A DNA stretch of 60,977 bases, counting the filler, from Rhizaria sp. SCN 62-66 (Eukaryota): NCBI GenBank assembly GCA_001724265.1. It is 4 parts of 4 records of this genome, joined end to end, with 100 filler letters (N's around TTAATTAATTAA, not from the genome) between each part and the next. Parts side by side here need not be neighbours in the genome. Positions count along the whole stretch, not along the records: positions 1 to 15,032 come from MEDY01000498.1; 3 more parts are not named here. One strand, 5' to 3'. Each line of letters starts with the position of its first letter. The first letter of the stretch is position 1. The position numbers were made by a program, and so were the translations under genes. Under the pieces are notes generated by a model, which saw nothing but the letters and a program-made list of their open reading frames with translations, had not been told where the DNA came from and ran no database searches. Positions 1 to 10,748 of the stretch are shown piece by piece.

Positions 1-1
1 G

Positions 2-2068
2 GCCGCGGCGGCGTCGGCCAACAACGCCGCCGCCGCGCAGGCCGCGGCCGCCGCGGCTGCCGCGGGCGCGCACGGTACTCATGGCACTCATGGGGCGCAC
101 GGTGCGCACGGCGGGCAGCCCGCGCCGCTGATGGGCGGCGTGAGTGGTGTCGACGTGGGCGTGATGCTGCAGCTGCAGATGTCGTCGATGTCGTCGCTGT
201 CGACGCAGCTGCCGCTGATGCCCAACATGCCGCTGCACGGCCAGGGCCAGCTCCACGGACAGGGCCAGCTGCAGGCGCACGGCCACGGTCACGGCCACGG
301 CCACGGACAGCTTCAGGGCCACGGCCACGGTCAGCTTCAGAGTCACGGTCAACTCCAGGGCCAGCTACAGGGCCAGTTGCAGGGTCAGCTGCAAGGCCAG
401 CTCCCACCACACGGCCCGCACGCGCAGCTGCAGCACGGTCCGCACCACAATCCGCACAACCCGCACGCCGTGAGCGTGAGCCACAGCGTGAGCGTGGGCG
501 TCAACCATCCGGCCCACGGGCACGCGCACGCGCACGGGCACGTGAGCGCGCACGGTCACGGGCACGGGCACCAACAGCAACAAGCGCCCGCTCCTGGGAT
601 GCTGCCGCACCTGGGCCCCCTCGGCTCCCAGACCCTGGGCTCGCAAACTCTCGGTTCACAGACGCTCGGGGCGCAGGGCCAGGGCGGCATGGCGCAGCAG
701 CCGCCGCCGCCGCCACCGCCACCACACCCGCCGCACAACCCCCATAACCCGCACAACCCGCACAATCCACACGCGCACGGCCACGGTCACGGCCACGGGC
801 ACCCGACGCTGCTGATGGGCTCGCTCCCGCCGCAGCCGCAGATCCCCGGCGTGTCGTCTAACCGCGACATCCTGACCAACATCTCGGGCACCATGAACGC
901 GCTGCTCAACGGCGGATGCATGACGCCCGAGCAGTTCACGCACTTGCACAACGAGCTCCAGAGGGCGATGAAGATCGATGAGCACAACCAGAACATTTTG
1001 CTCGACGTCGTCTCCAAGGGCGCGCCCGCGCCGCCGCCGCCGCCGCCGCCGCACGGTCTCAGCACCGGCCTCAACGGTGGTCTTAACGGCGGCATCAGCG
1101 GCGGGATCAATGGTCCGCTCAGCGTGCCGCCGCCCCCGCCGCCGCTGAATGGGCCCATCGGCGTCAACGCACCGCAGCCGCCGCAGCAACAGCAACAACA
1201 CGGGCCGCCGCCGCCGCCGTCGTCGATGACAGCGCCTTCTATGTCGGCGTCCATGGCTCCGTCCGCGCTCGGCATGCCGCAGCCACAATCGCAATCCCAG
1301 CAGCAGACGCAGACGCAACAGCCGGCGCCACCGCAGCCGTTGCCACCCGGCAGTGCGATGACCACCGGCTCTACTCTCAGCGGCAACTCGATGGGCTCGA
1401 ACACAATGGGCTCCAATGGCATGGGTTCCAACGCGATGGGTTCCCCAAGCTCCATGGGCGCACCCAACGCCATGGGCTCCAACGGCGGACTCAGCGGTGC
1501 CGCTCTGGGTGGGAATGCGCTCAGCTCCAGCGCTGCGGCACTGACGCTCGCGGCCCTGTCTGCGGGGCCCAACCCCTCTGTGGCCGTGGGCTCCGTGGCG
1601 CCGCAGCCGCTGGCGCACTCGCACTCACACAGCAGCCACGGGAGTCACGGGAGCTCGGTGACGCCGCCTGTGTCGGTGGCCGTGCCGGTCCCCGCGCCGC
1701 CCGTCCCGCCTGTATCGGTGCCTGTGGGCCACGCACCGCCGCCGCCACAGATGGCGCCACAGATGCAGCCGCCGCAAATGCAACCGCAGATGGCGCAGAT
1801 GCCGCCACCGGCGCACGGAACACATGGGTCTCATGCGCCGCCGATGCCGTCGCACCAGCAACACATGGCCGCTGTGGGCGCCGCCGCTGCTGCCGCGGCC
1901 GCAGCGGCCGCGGCGACAGCGTCAGTGTCGAATGCCTCGAGCTCTGGCTCTGGCTCTGGCTCTAGCTCTGGCGTCACCGGCGGTGCTTCGCCACAGTCCC
2001 TTCCGTCTCAGGCGCAGCCGTCTCAGGTGTCGCCTGTCGTCGGCGCCGCGAGCGCGGGCTCGGCGTGA
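2..2068 (+). CDS. 3' part of a low-complexity His/Gly/Pro/Gln/Ala-rich protein (5'-truncated by window edge); function unknown
   Basis: The frame is open from base 2 (AAAASANNAAAAQ...) to TGA at 2066-2068 with strong GC3 bias. It contains HG, HNP and poly-Pro repeats and one short globular-looking stretch (RDILTNISGTMNALLNGGCMTPEQFTHLHNELQRAMK). Confidence 0.7.
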   Translation, partial: AAAASANNAAAAQAAAAAAAAGAHGTHGTHGAHGAHGGQPAPLMGGVSGVDVGVMLQLQMSSMSSLSTQLPLMPNMPLHGQGQLHGQGQLQAHGHGHGHGHGQLQGHGHGQLQSHGQLQGQLQGQLQGQLQGQLPPHGPHAQLQHGPHHNPHNPHAVSVSHSVSVGVNHPAHGHAHAHGHVSAHGHGHGHQQQQAPAPGMLPHLGPLGSQTLGSQTLGSQTLGAQGQGGMAQQPPPPPPPPHPPHNPHNPHNPHNPHAHGHGHGHGHPTLLMGSLPPQPQIPGVSSNRDILTNISGTMNALLNGGCMTPEQFTHLHNELQRAMKIDEHNQNILLDVVSKGAPAPPPPPPPHGLSTGLNGGLNGGISGGINGPLSVPPPPPPLNGPIGVNAPQPPQQQQQHGPPPPPSSMTAPSMSASMAPSALGMPQPQSQSQQQTQTQQPAPPQPLPPGSAMTTGSTLSGNSMGSNTMGSNGMGSNAMGSPSSMGAPNAMGSNGGLSGAALGGNALSSSAAALTLAALSAGPNPSVAVGSVAPQPLAHSHSHSSHGSHGSSVTPPVSVAVPVPAPPVPPVSVPVGHAPPPPQMAPQMQPPQMQPQMAQMPPPAHGTHGSHAPPMPSHQQHMAAVGAAAAAAAAAAAATASVSNASSSGSGSGSSSGVTGGASPQSLPSQAQPSQVSPVVGAASAGSA

Positions 2069-2787
2069 TTCTGAGCGTTGAGCGTTGCGCCAACCGAGGG
2101 CCAGAGCACAACTCTATCTCTGCATTGTCTCTGCCTCCGTCATCATCTATCGTGTGAGCCCCTCCCTCTTCTGTCACTACTGATAAGTCAAGTCAGTCAT
2201 CCAGCTTCGCTCTCTCGTTCTACAAAACACCACATACTCCCTCAGCCGGCGCCTCGGCCCGCGTGCAGCGACTGCGCTGCACGGCGCGGCCGCCAGGACG
2301 ACAACGCCACAGCAGGGAGTGCTACCTTAGCTTTTTTTCCGTCACTGTAAAGACGGGTATAGTACAACCTTACTAAACGATACTTGCTGTCCCTTAAACT
2401 TCTCACTTGCCACTGCATTTAGTTTGCAATGTAAAGTAAATCCATACATACTTAACATTTCATTTAAATTGTCACACGTCTTCACTCCTCTCTATTTCAT
2501 CTCGCTATTATGTGACTTGCAGTGTCCACCTGCGACTCTGACTGCGACTACTGGCGCTCCAACGGCTATATAAGTGGGAGAGGTTTCGACAAAACATATG
2601 ACATGCATATGACCGTAATTGGGAATATAATGAATGTATACAATTTTTATTGAAGTTTTCTAACCAAGTCATTTATAATACTTCTCAGAGCTCACACCGT
2701 TCCATGTTTTGCTTTCTTTGTTTACCTCTTCTCCTCTCTCTTAAGCGAAGTCCATCCCGGAGTTTTGAACCCGTTCGTGCCTCAACC

Positions 2788-3896
2788 ATGTCCGATTCAA
2801 CGACACCAGTTGTCCCCAGCCGTGAAAACTTGAACATGATTCTTGACATCATGCTCCAGATGAGCGCGCAGCTCGACACGGAGGGCGTGCGTGCCGAGTC
2901 GATGGTGCATTCGATCGCTGCGCAGAAGCGCGACATCGCCGCCCTCCACGCAAAGAAGAACGCGCGTCTCAAGACCTACATTCAAGGTACGTTACTGTAT
3001 TGCAAACATCAGTGTCTACTTTGTATGCCTAACATGATTTATATTATCCCACCACTCCAATCATCGCTCTCTCCTGCTCTCTGTCTCATCCTTGACTGTC
3101 TCCACCTGCTTCACTCCGCATCCACTCACAGAGCTTCAAACCGTGGCCCAGAAGCTCAAGAAGCACACTGTGAACCCGTCACTTAAGTCATTGCAAACAA
3201 AGCAGGAGCTTGTGCGCCGCGACATTGCCGACGCCGCCCGCAGCGTTGCCGCGCTAGACGCCGAAATCGCCGACCAGGTACGACTCAAGCGCCGAACAGA
3301 ATTGATGCCAAACCATGTATTTCTTTACATTATCGCATCGTTCTCAGATATCACATAGAAAACGGCCGCTTCTATACTGGTTTAACATATATTTCTCTAA
3401 ATCCCACATGATCCTACGCTTCCTCTTTGACTCAATTTTGCTCCTATCGTAGGTTGCGACGCTGAACCGTCTGCGCGCTGGCGTGGCGAGCCTCGCGGAC
3501 GCCAAGGGCGAGCTGCGGGAGCACGTGCGTGAGCAGATTCAGGTTGCCGAGGCCCATGTCGGTCTGTACTCAAACATCACGTCGATCGCGTTTGACACGC
3601 GCAACACCCCCGTCGGCGCCGCCGCCGCCGCAGTCGCCGCAGGGACCGGGACCGGGCTTGGCGCAGCGCTCACGCTGCCCGGTGCGGGCGCTGCCGCCGC
3701 CGCGGTGTCTGCGGGGGGCGAGTCTGCCGCAGCGTCGGCGGGCGGAGTGGTGAGCGGCGTCGTGCACATGTTTCACCGTGGTGAAATCCGCCCTTTCGCG
3801 TTCGACACGCATCAGTGCGCGGCCGCAGACGTCGCAAACGCGCTCTGGGACGCCATGTGGCTGGAGCAGTGCGCCAAGAAGGGCGTTGCGCCGTGA
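2788..3896 (+). CDS. SPC24: Kinetochore Ndc80-complex subunit Spc24-like (3 exons: 2788-2986, 3132-3277, 3453-3896)
   Basis: GTACG..AG introns join in frame. An N-terminal coiled coil is followed by LYSNITSIAFD...SGVVH..EIRPFAFD...DVANALWDAM, the pattern of the Spc24 C-terminal RWD domain, with an Ala/Gly insert. Stop is TGA. Confidence 0.7.
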
Positions 3897-4487
3897 GAAA
3901 ACATCAATCTAACAGCTGGCGGTGTTGTCAGTTTACTGTTGGGGGGCGATCCAAAATTTGAACGGCCGAAATGGGAACAAAAAGTAAAAAAAACTCGCGA
4001 GTCATGGAGACTCGCGATTGAAACGGTTAAATGCCTGATATGGTAATAATAAAGCATGAATTTAAGTATCAAAATACAAGAAATAGCACACATGTCATTT
4101 TCATATCCCAAGAAGCTTACAATCACATAGAAACCAAGTCAAATATCAATCTATGTAGTTTCCACCACAATCGAAAATGGATGGGCCAGCCGGGACGAAT
4201 CTGGGGCACCAATTTTGTCATCATAGAACTCGATGAAAAGTGGATGTAACGCGTTGATGAGTATTGATATCGAAGTTTGCGTTCTATTTATGCCTGGTAA
4301 TGTTACACGTATTTCTTCACATTGCTATTTAGCATCGCAATGACGATTGAGCCCGCACTTGTCTTGCTCTTGTGGTGAGACCTCCACACTCAGCCCCATT
4401 TCAATCTTGACTCCACTAACGTGATTTTCGATGAGACATATGACACTCATTCAGTCTTTTTGTCGACATTTTGACCAGCCCGTGTAG

Positions 4488-6764
4488 ATGGCTTCTCTTG
4501 GGAGTTAGGTAGTGACGAGTGCTGCCCCAGTCGCAACTGCTGCTGCAACTGCCGTTGCTGCCGCCGCTGCCTCTGTCGGGACTGTTCCTGGCTCGCGCGT
4601 CTGCTCCGCGGCGGAGTGGTTTGACGAGGTGACTGGCTATGACGAGGCGACCTGGCGCGAGACAGACTACCTTGCCCTCTTTCGCCGCCGTAGCAACGGA
4701 GACCTCCTCTTCCTGAACTCAACCTCCACGTACGCGATCTTCATATATAATATCTCACATATCATCATCTAGTCATTCTTGTGACATCTTGTGTTCGGAT
4801 ATCAGCACGCATCCACGTATAAAACTAGCTACCCTTGTTTATTCACTGTTTTTAATGTGGTTTGACTTCGTTGTACAGAGATCGCAACACGATCTACAAC
4901 TGCGGCTCGTTCTCCGTCCCCACCATCGCGACCCTCCGCTCTCTTCCCTCCGCGTCCGCCGCATCCGCCACGACTGCCACGGCCGCTGACACCGCTGTTG
5001 ACAACGCTGCCGCGCGCTCCGCGCGTGCGCCGCCCCTCGTGTTTGAGATCCGCACCGCGGCGCGCGACAGCATGCGTTTCGTCGACGTGGGCGCAGTGCA
5101 AGCGATGCCGTCTTCGGCGGGCGCGCTGTTTCAGGTCGCGTCCAACTTCAACGGCATTGAGGGCATCTCGTCGCAGGCGCACCCGGACCGCGCGTCGTAC
5201 GCCACGGACTGGCACTACGACTACACACAGGGCCCGCGCGCGTCCATCTTCGCCGGCGCCGCCGCGATGGCGCGCATATTCGCACCGTGGGCCTACCCGC
5301 TGCCGCTCATGGAGACCGACGCGCCTCAGGACTACGCCACTGCCACCGCCGCCGCCGCCGCAGCTGGAATGTCAAGTGACAACACCAGCGGCAGTAACGG
5401 CCGTGCGACGCCGCTGCCGTCGCGGAAGCAGGTGTACGAGTCAGTGGTTGAGGCCGCGATCGACGACGATTCCAACGAGCGTGCCGCCGTGCTTTTCGGC
5501 GCCCAGGGCGCGTACATCCCCACCGAGGCCTCGGCGGCGTGGCCCGCGCCCGGCCCGCGGCTGCGGATGTACCTGGGCACGCCCACGGGCGCGGCGCTGG
5601 CGCGGCGGGCGGCGCAGACCCGTGGGCGACAGGTCCAGGCACTGGGCGCGCTTGCCAAGGACTTCCCCACGCGCAACGGATACGTCATCTTGCCGAAGAA
5701 TGGGCACGCGCAGCAGCAGGACGGTGAGGCGGATGATGCCGGCGGCAGTGAGTCATTCCCGACCGAGAGCGATGCCGACCGTGCGCGGTGGGAGGAGAAG
5801 TTAGGCCGCGTGCGTGTGATGTGCCACCGGCGCTGCACCGTGACATTTGACTCTGTGCCCGGACAGCCCGACGCGCTGCGTGTGCTTGACGCGCACACAC
5901 TCGTGCCGGGCGAGGACTGCGCGCAGGTGCCCGCCGTTGTGGGCCACGAAATCGACCAGGTACGTTGACTTATCTATGAACATGATCATCATATGAGTTT
6001 GAATCAACGAATTGTTGTGGCTTTCCCGATTGATATGAACACCTGATACTTTACACTAATATATTTCACGTTATGTTTCTAACTTTCCTCCTGCAGGTGT
6101 TTGCGGCGGCGCTGAACGTTCGCGAGCCTAACTCCGACAACGCGGCCGACACGCCGCTCGTGGCGCGCAAGCGGCGCTTTCTGCTGCAGGCCGCCTACGA
6201 AGGGACGTATCTTGCCGCCAAGGAGGGCAACAACCAAGAGGTACGCGCTCAGGCCATCGCATTTGTGCTTGATATCAACGACTTTGAACAGCATCTGCTA
6301 AACAACATAAACTCACATCTTGTTTTCTTCTTTGTCTGTATATGTCGCAGCTTTACTTGACTCTTGTTGGCGGCGGCGTGTTTAGGAACCCGTTTTCGGA
6401 GGTTTTCGCGGCGATGGCGGCGGCGCACGCGCGCTGGGCGCCGGGGACGGCGTTGCGCAAGGTGGTGTTGCTGCTTTTCACTCCGGATCAAAACATCATT
6501 TCGGGCGTCATGGCCGCACTTAAGGGACAGGTACGTCAGATAGAGCACATTAAACTAAGTTATATTTTACACATCTCGATTTAGCATTTATCTACAACAA
6601 TCTTGCAGTTTATCTGTGCCTATTCGTCTCACATCACGTTTCTCATGCCATGTTTCTTGCTTCCCCCACGCTTTGCTCGCGCTTTATAGGGCATCGGGCA
6701 CGAGTGGGTGCACCACGAGGCCGGCCAGCGCCAAGTGCGTGCGTCCTGGGTGCCCACTAAGTGA
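4488..6764 (+). CDS. Uncharacterised protein with probable macrodomain/PARG-like fold (5 exons: 4488-4729, 4879-5959, 6097-6240, 6351-6530, 6690-6764); in-frame TAG at codon 7 (4506-4508)
   Basis: Four GTACG..AG introns splice in frame. Motifs seen: WFDEVTGYDE, GALFQVASNFNGIE, YDYTQGP, LLQAAYEGTYLAA and LYLTLVGGGVFRN, the last resembling the Gly-rich GxGxF loop of PARG/macro domains. The only in-frame ATG upstream of the conserved part is at 4488. Stop is TGA. Confidence 0.65.
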
Positions 6765-7222
6765 AAATAACGGAAAAAAACGCTTTGCAGCGCGCGTTGT
6801 AAGGTCGTCCAACGACGTTACACGTGAGTGAAACTGACATGTTTGGAAGGATACCTTGCGGGTCAGGACGTCCCGTTTGAAGACCAAAATTAGGTAGCAT
6901 AGTTAAAAAACTTTTTGAATAAACAAAAAAACATATTTTCACTCTAAAAATATGTACGATGAAATAAGAAATGGCGCAGATATGCGTTTGTGGTGGATGG
7001 TCGACTGGCCGAATGTCCGACGGTCACTTAGTGACAGCTCTGCATTCGGCGACGTGACTGCTGTCGGTCCCCTTTGCCCAGCGCGGCCGGCCTTCGGTCG
7101 GTGGGCTCAGTGGGCCGACGGGCAAGCAGCGCGCGGCGAGTCAGCGCGCGGGGGAAGGATCTGGTCCTTTTTGCTGCTCGATCCGACTCTTGACGAAGTC
7201 GTGCGTTGTTCGAGTGTGTAGT

Positions 7223-8915
7223 ATGTCCACTGAGACTGATTTTGAGGTGCAGAAATACGAGGAGTTCAAGCAGATGACTCCGGAGATGCTTTTTGAGGAG
7301 TTCAAGAAGCTGCAGGACGGTACGGTCTTCGGAAGATATTTCCCCCTTTGTTCTCGCTTCCCTCTTTATATCCTTGGATTCTATAATACGCATATGAGTC
7401 TCAACAGGTTATTTTCATTATTTGTGCCATCTTTTTTTCAAACAACTCACTTTCCGCGTCGCTGGGATGGTTTTTGTTTCCTTCTTTTCTTACAACTCTT
7501 CTAAGAGCGTCGTGCGTTTTATGAGGAGCGCGACCTGTTCGAGGCCGACCGCGCTGCCGAGCATCGCGAGGCGTCGCTCTTTGTCGGCAACGTCGACGTG
7601 ACGACGACCGAGGACGAGCTTCGTGGCTACTTCGAGCCCTACGGCGAGATCAAGAGCGTCAAGATCCTGCGCGACCGTGACGGCCGCTCCAAGCGCTCCG
7701 GCTTCGTCACCTACTTCTACACCAAGTGCTCCGAGACCGCGTGCCGCGAGCTCAACGGCAAGTACCGCGACAAGAGTGAGGCGCTCCCGCTTCACGTCCG
7801 CCCCTCGGACCGCCGCAACAAGGACTCCGCGCCCCGCGGCGGCGCCGCTCCCCACGGCGGCAACCAGATGTACCAACAGAATGCTGGCCACCAGGGCAAC
7901 TTCAACGCCGCCCCTTGTACGTCCCCGCCACGCTTCATTCGCTCATCAAAACAACGCCACCTTTATTAAAACACCTCGCTTCCTCTTCCCGCATCATCAT
8001 TTTCACTCCCTGCACTCATCTTGCTTCTCATTACTCTCTTTCCCTCCTGCCGCGCATGTCTCCTTTGCTTTGCCCCGCGTGCCTCTCCCACAGACGGCTA
8101 CCAGGCCGGCGCTGCCCCCTACGGCATGCAGCAGCAGCAGGGCGGCTTCCCCATGCCCCGCGGCTCCTACGGCCACGGCGCTGCTGGCGCAGGTGCCAAC
8201 GGCTACAACAACAACGCCGCCGCTGCCGCGGCCGCCGCTGCCCACATGGTCGCTGCTGGCGGTGCCCCCGGCGCCGGCTTCGGCGCTCCCCGCGCGGACT
8301 ACCCCCCGCAGCAGCAGCGCGCCGTCGGTCCCGGCTCTGGCGCGCGCGGCCCCCCCGGCGCGAACCTCTACATCAACAACATCGACCCCAACGTCCACGA
8401 GGAGACCGTACGTCGCAGCTACGCGTTCAGCTTTAAACATGCGCCAGAAACACGACATTGATATTATTCTCTGTTATGTTATTCTATCTTAGATTGCTAT
8501 GTTCCACGTGTATATTTGTACAATGTTGCATAAGCTCACTCACCGTTTTAATGATAATATCAATTTTGTTTACTCTTTTGCGCCACTATTCGGGCTTGTT
8601 GCGTATGAATGCGACTGTAACTCACTATTTCAGATGCTGAACCGCTTCCGCGAGTGCGGCAACGTCATCGGCTCGCGTCTGTTCCTGTCCCAGCGCTACG
8701 GCTTTCTGTCCTTCGAGACCGCCGAGGCGGCCCAGCTGGCCGTTGCGACTCTGAACAACTCGCCCGATTTCTCGCCCTCCGCGCTCGAGGTGAGCATCAA
8801 GGCGGACAACCCGCGCAAGCAGCACAACGGCCACGGCCATGGCCACGGCCACGGCCACGGCCATCACAACGGCGGCCACCACAACGGCGGCGCTGCGGGC
8901 AAGTTCCGTTACTAA
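7223..8915 (+). CDS. RNA-binding protein with two RRM domains (4 exons: 7223-7319, 7506-7916, 8094-8407, 8634-8915)
   Basis: RRM1 has RNP2 LFVGNV and RNP1-like RSGFVTY. RRM2 has LYINNI and RYGFLSF. The linker is Gly/Gln/Tyr-rich and the tail is His-Gly. Introns splice in frame; stop is TAA. Confidence 0.85.
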
Positions 8916-9109
8916 GCGCTCAATGCTGCTCCCGGTTGAGAAGATAAACCCGTGTCTGCAGCCGCCACTCAGCGCGCTCACATTCTCAGTGCTCGCAGAG
9001 AGCATGCAGATCACCGAGCAGCGTTTTGAAGTGTGTTGGTGACTAACGGCAATGACCGCGGCTGAGGCAACAACGGCAGCGGCGGCACTCTTGCACCGGT
9101 GCTCGATGT

Positions 9110-10200
9110 AAGCTGCTGCTGCTGCCGCTGTTGTCCGTCTTTGTCAGTGTAACTGTTGCAGTTGCTGTTGGTGTGTTGCCGTTCTAGGCGTCACGTCGCA
9201 GCTGTGTTCTTGCTGCTGCCACGTTGTTGCTGTTGTTGTTTTTGTTGTTGCTGTTGCTGCTGCTGCTTTCGTACCTACGATGCTTTTCGTTTTTCGTTGA
9301 GTCACTCTCGTTACATCCCGCATTTTAGCGTTTGTGCTCGCTCTTTAGTGCGTGTCTGCTTGCTCGCTCTTTCTGTCTCTCTCGCTACTGTTCTTTTCTT
9401 TCACGTGTCGCACAGCTGCAGCAGCTGTCGTTGTTGTAAGTTCTGTGTGTGAGTTTGCTGTTTCTCACCGCTGCGATGATGAACGCGACCGCTAATCGCT
9501 CTCACACACACTCACACACCAAGCCTCTTTTGCGCGTCGACACGGACCCCCCTAGCGGCAGCAGCAGCGCGCTGGCACAGCGTCGCGAGCGCTTGCAGCG
9601 TCAATGTCATCTCTCTTTTCGGTTTATCACCGTTGTTCTGTGCTTTAATGTCCTCGGACTTGTAGTCGTGTATCGTTATCTTTGATTGTTGTTGCTGTTG
9701 TAGACAGTGTTATCGCCATGCGTGAGTCGACAGACCGTGTGGCCGCTGCCCCCGACACCGACAGTTGCGCACGATAACACACTGCACACGCAAACTAACA
9801 CACTGCACACGACAGCACACCGAGCTACGAAGACACTGTGACGACAGGACGACTCACATCACAACAAGCAACAAGCAACAAAGTATCAACAAACACGCAC
9901 ACACACACACACACAGGCACATGTACCATGCAGGCGAACACACACACTCTCTCTTGCGCTTTTTCGCTCTCTCTTGCTCTCTCCATCTTTCTTTTTGTTT
10001 TTTTACTTCGTTCAAAAACAGTTTGCGTTTCACACATGACATGATGAGACTCGCACTCTCTCTCTCTTCACCCCCCACACACCATATACCAATAACAATC
10101 ATCCTCATAATCATAATCACAGTCACACACCACTCACCTTTCATCTGCAACTGCTTTCACCCATCAATCGGCAACATAGAGTCGAGGAGGACGAATATAT
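9110..10200. repeat. Microsatellite-rich non-coding region ((TGC/TGT)n, (CA)n, (CT)n), probably the long 3' UTR of the RRM gene
   Basis: Simple repeats at about 9220-9265 and 9890-9950; no coding-type GC3 bias. Confidence 0.5.
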
Positions 10201-10748
10201 AATATCCAATTTCCACCACGACAACAAGCATTTATCGTGCGCTATTTTGTTTTGGAGACATTCTCACTAAATTGGTTTTGATATAAACACATCTGTAAAT
10301 ACAAATTCTTCATCTATTGCCACTCTAACGCCCACTTTTTGAGTCGACAAGTTGGTTCATGTAAACGGCTTGACTTCAACGATTTATTCAGCCCCACCAC
10401 AAACCACTCTCTTCGCCTCTCGCTCTCAGTCAGTCAGTCCTCTAATGCTCTTCAGGGAGAGCTGAGAGGGTGCGCGCAATCGACTTTGTTTAGGGCAGCG
10501 AGGCACGGCTGTGATGTGTGCGATTGAGATACAGGCTGAATCCGACTTTTATCTATGATTCAGATTTTTTTTCTGCCGCAGCATCGTTGATTTCGCCCGT
10601 ATTAGGCCCTGCATTCGCGCCACCTTAGCTCCCCCCACGCGGATCTTCCGTTCCCTGCTTTCGCGTCCATGTCTCACCTTTTCCCGCCCCTGTTTTGCTA
10701 TCACACCCTTTTATGCGTCTACCTCACTCTTTCTACAGCCGAGGACAC

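Noticed and set aside
3995-4017. Perfect 9-bp hairpin TCGCGAGTC-ATGGA-GACTCGCGA next to an A-run, resembling an intrinsic terminator
   Set aside because: The context is a eukaryotic 3' region; it is a single short stem with no supporting evidence of function.
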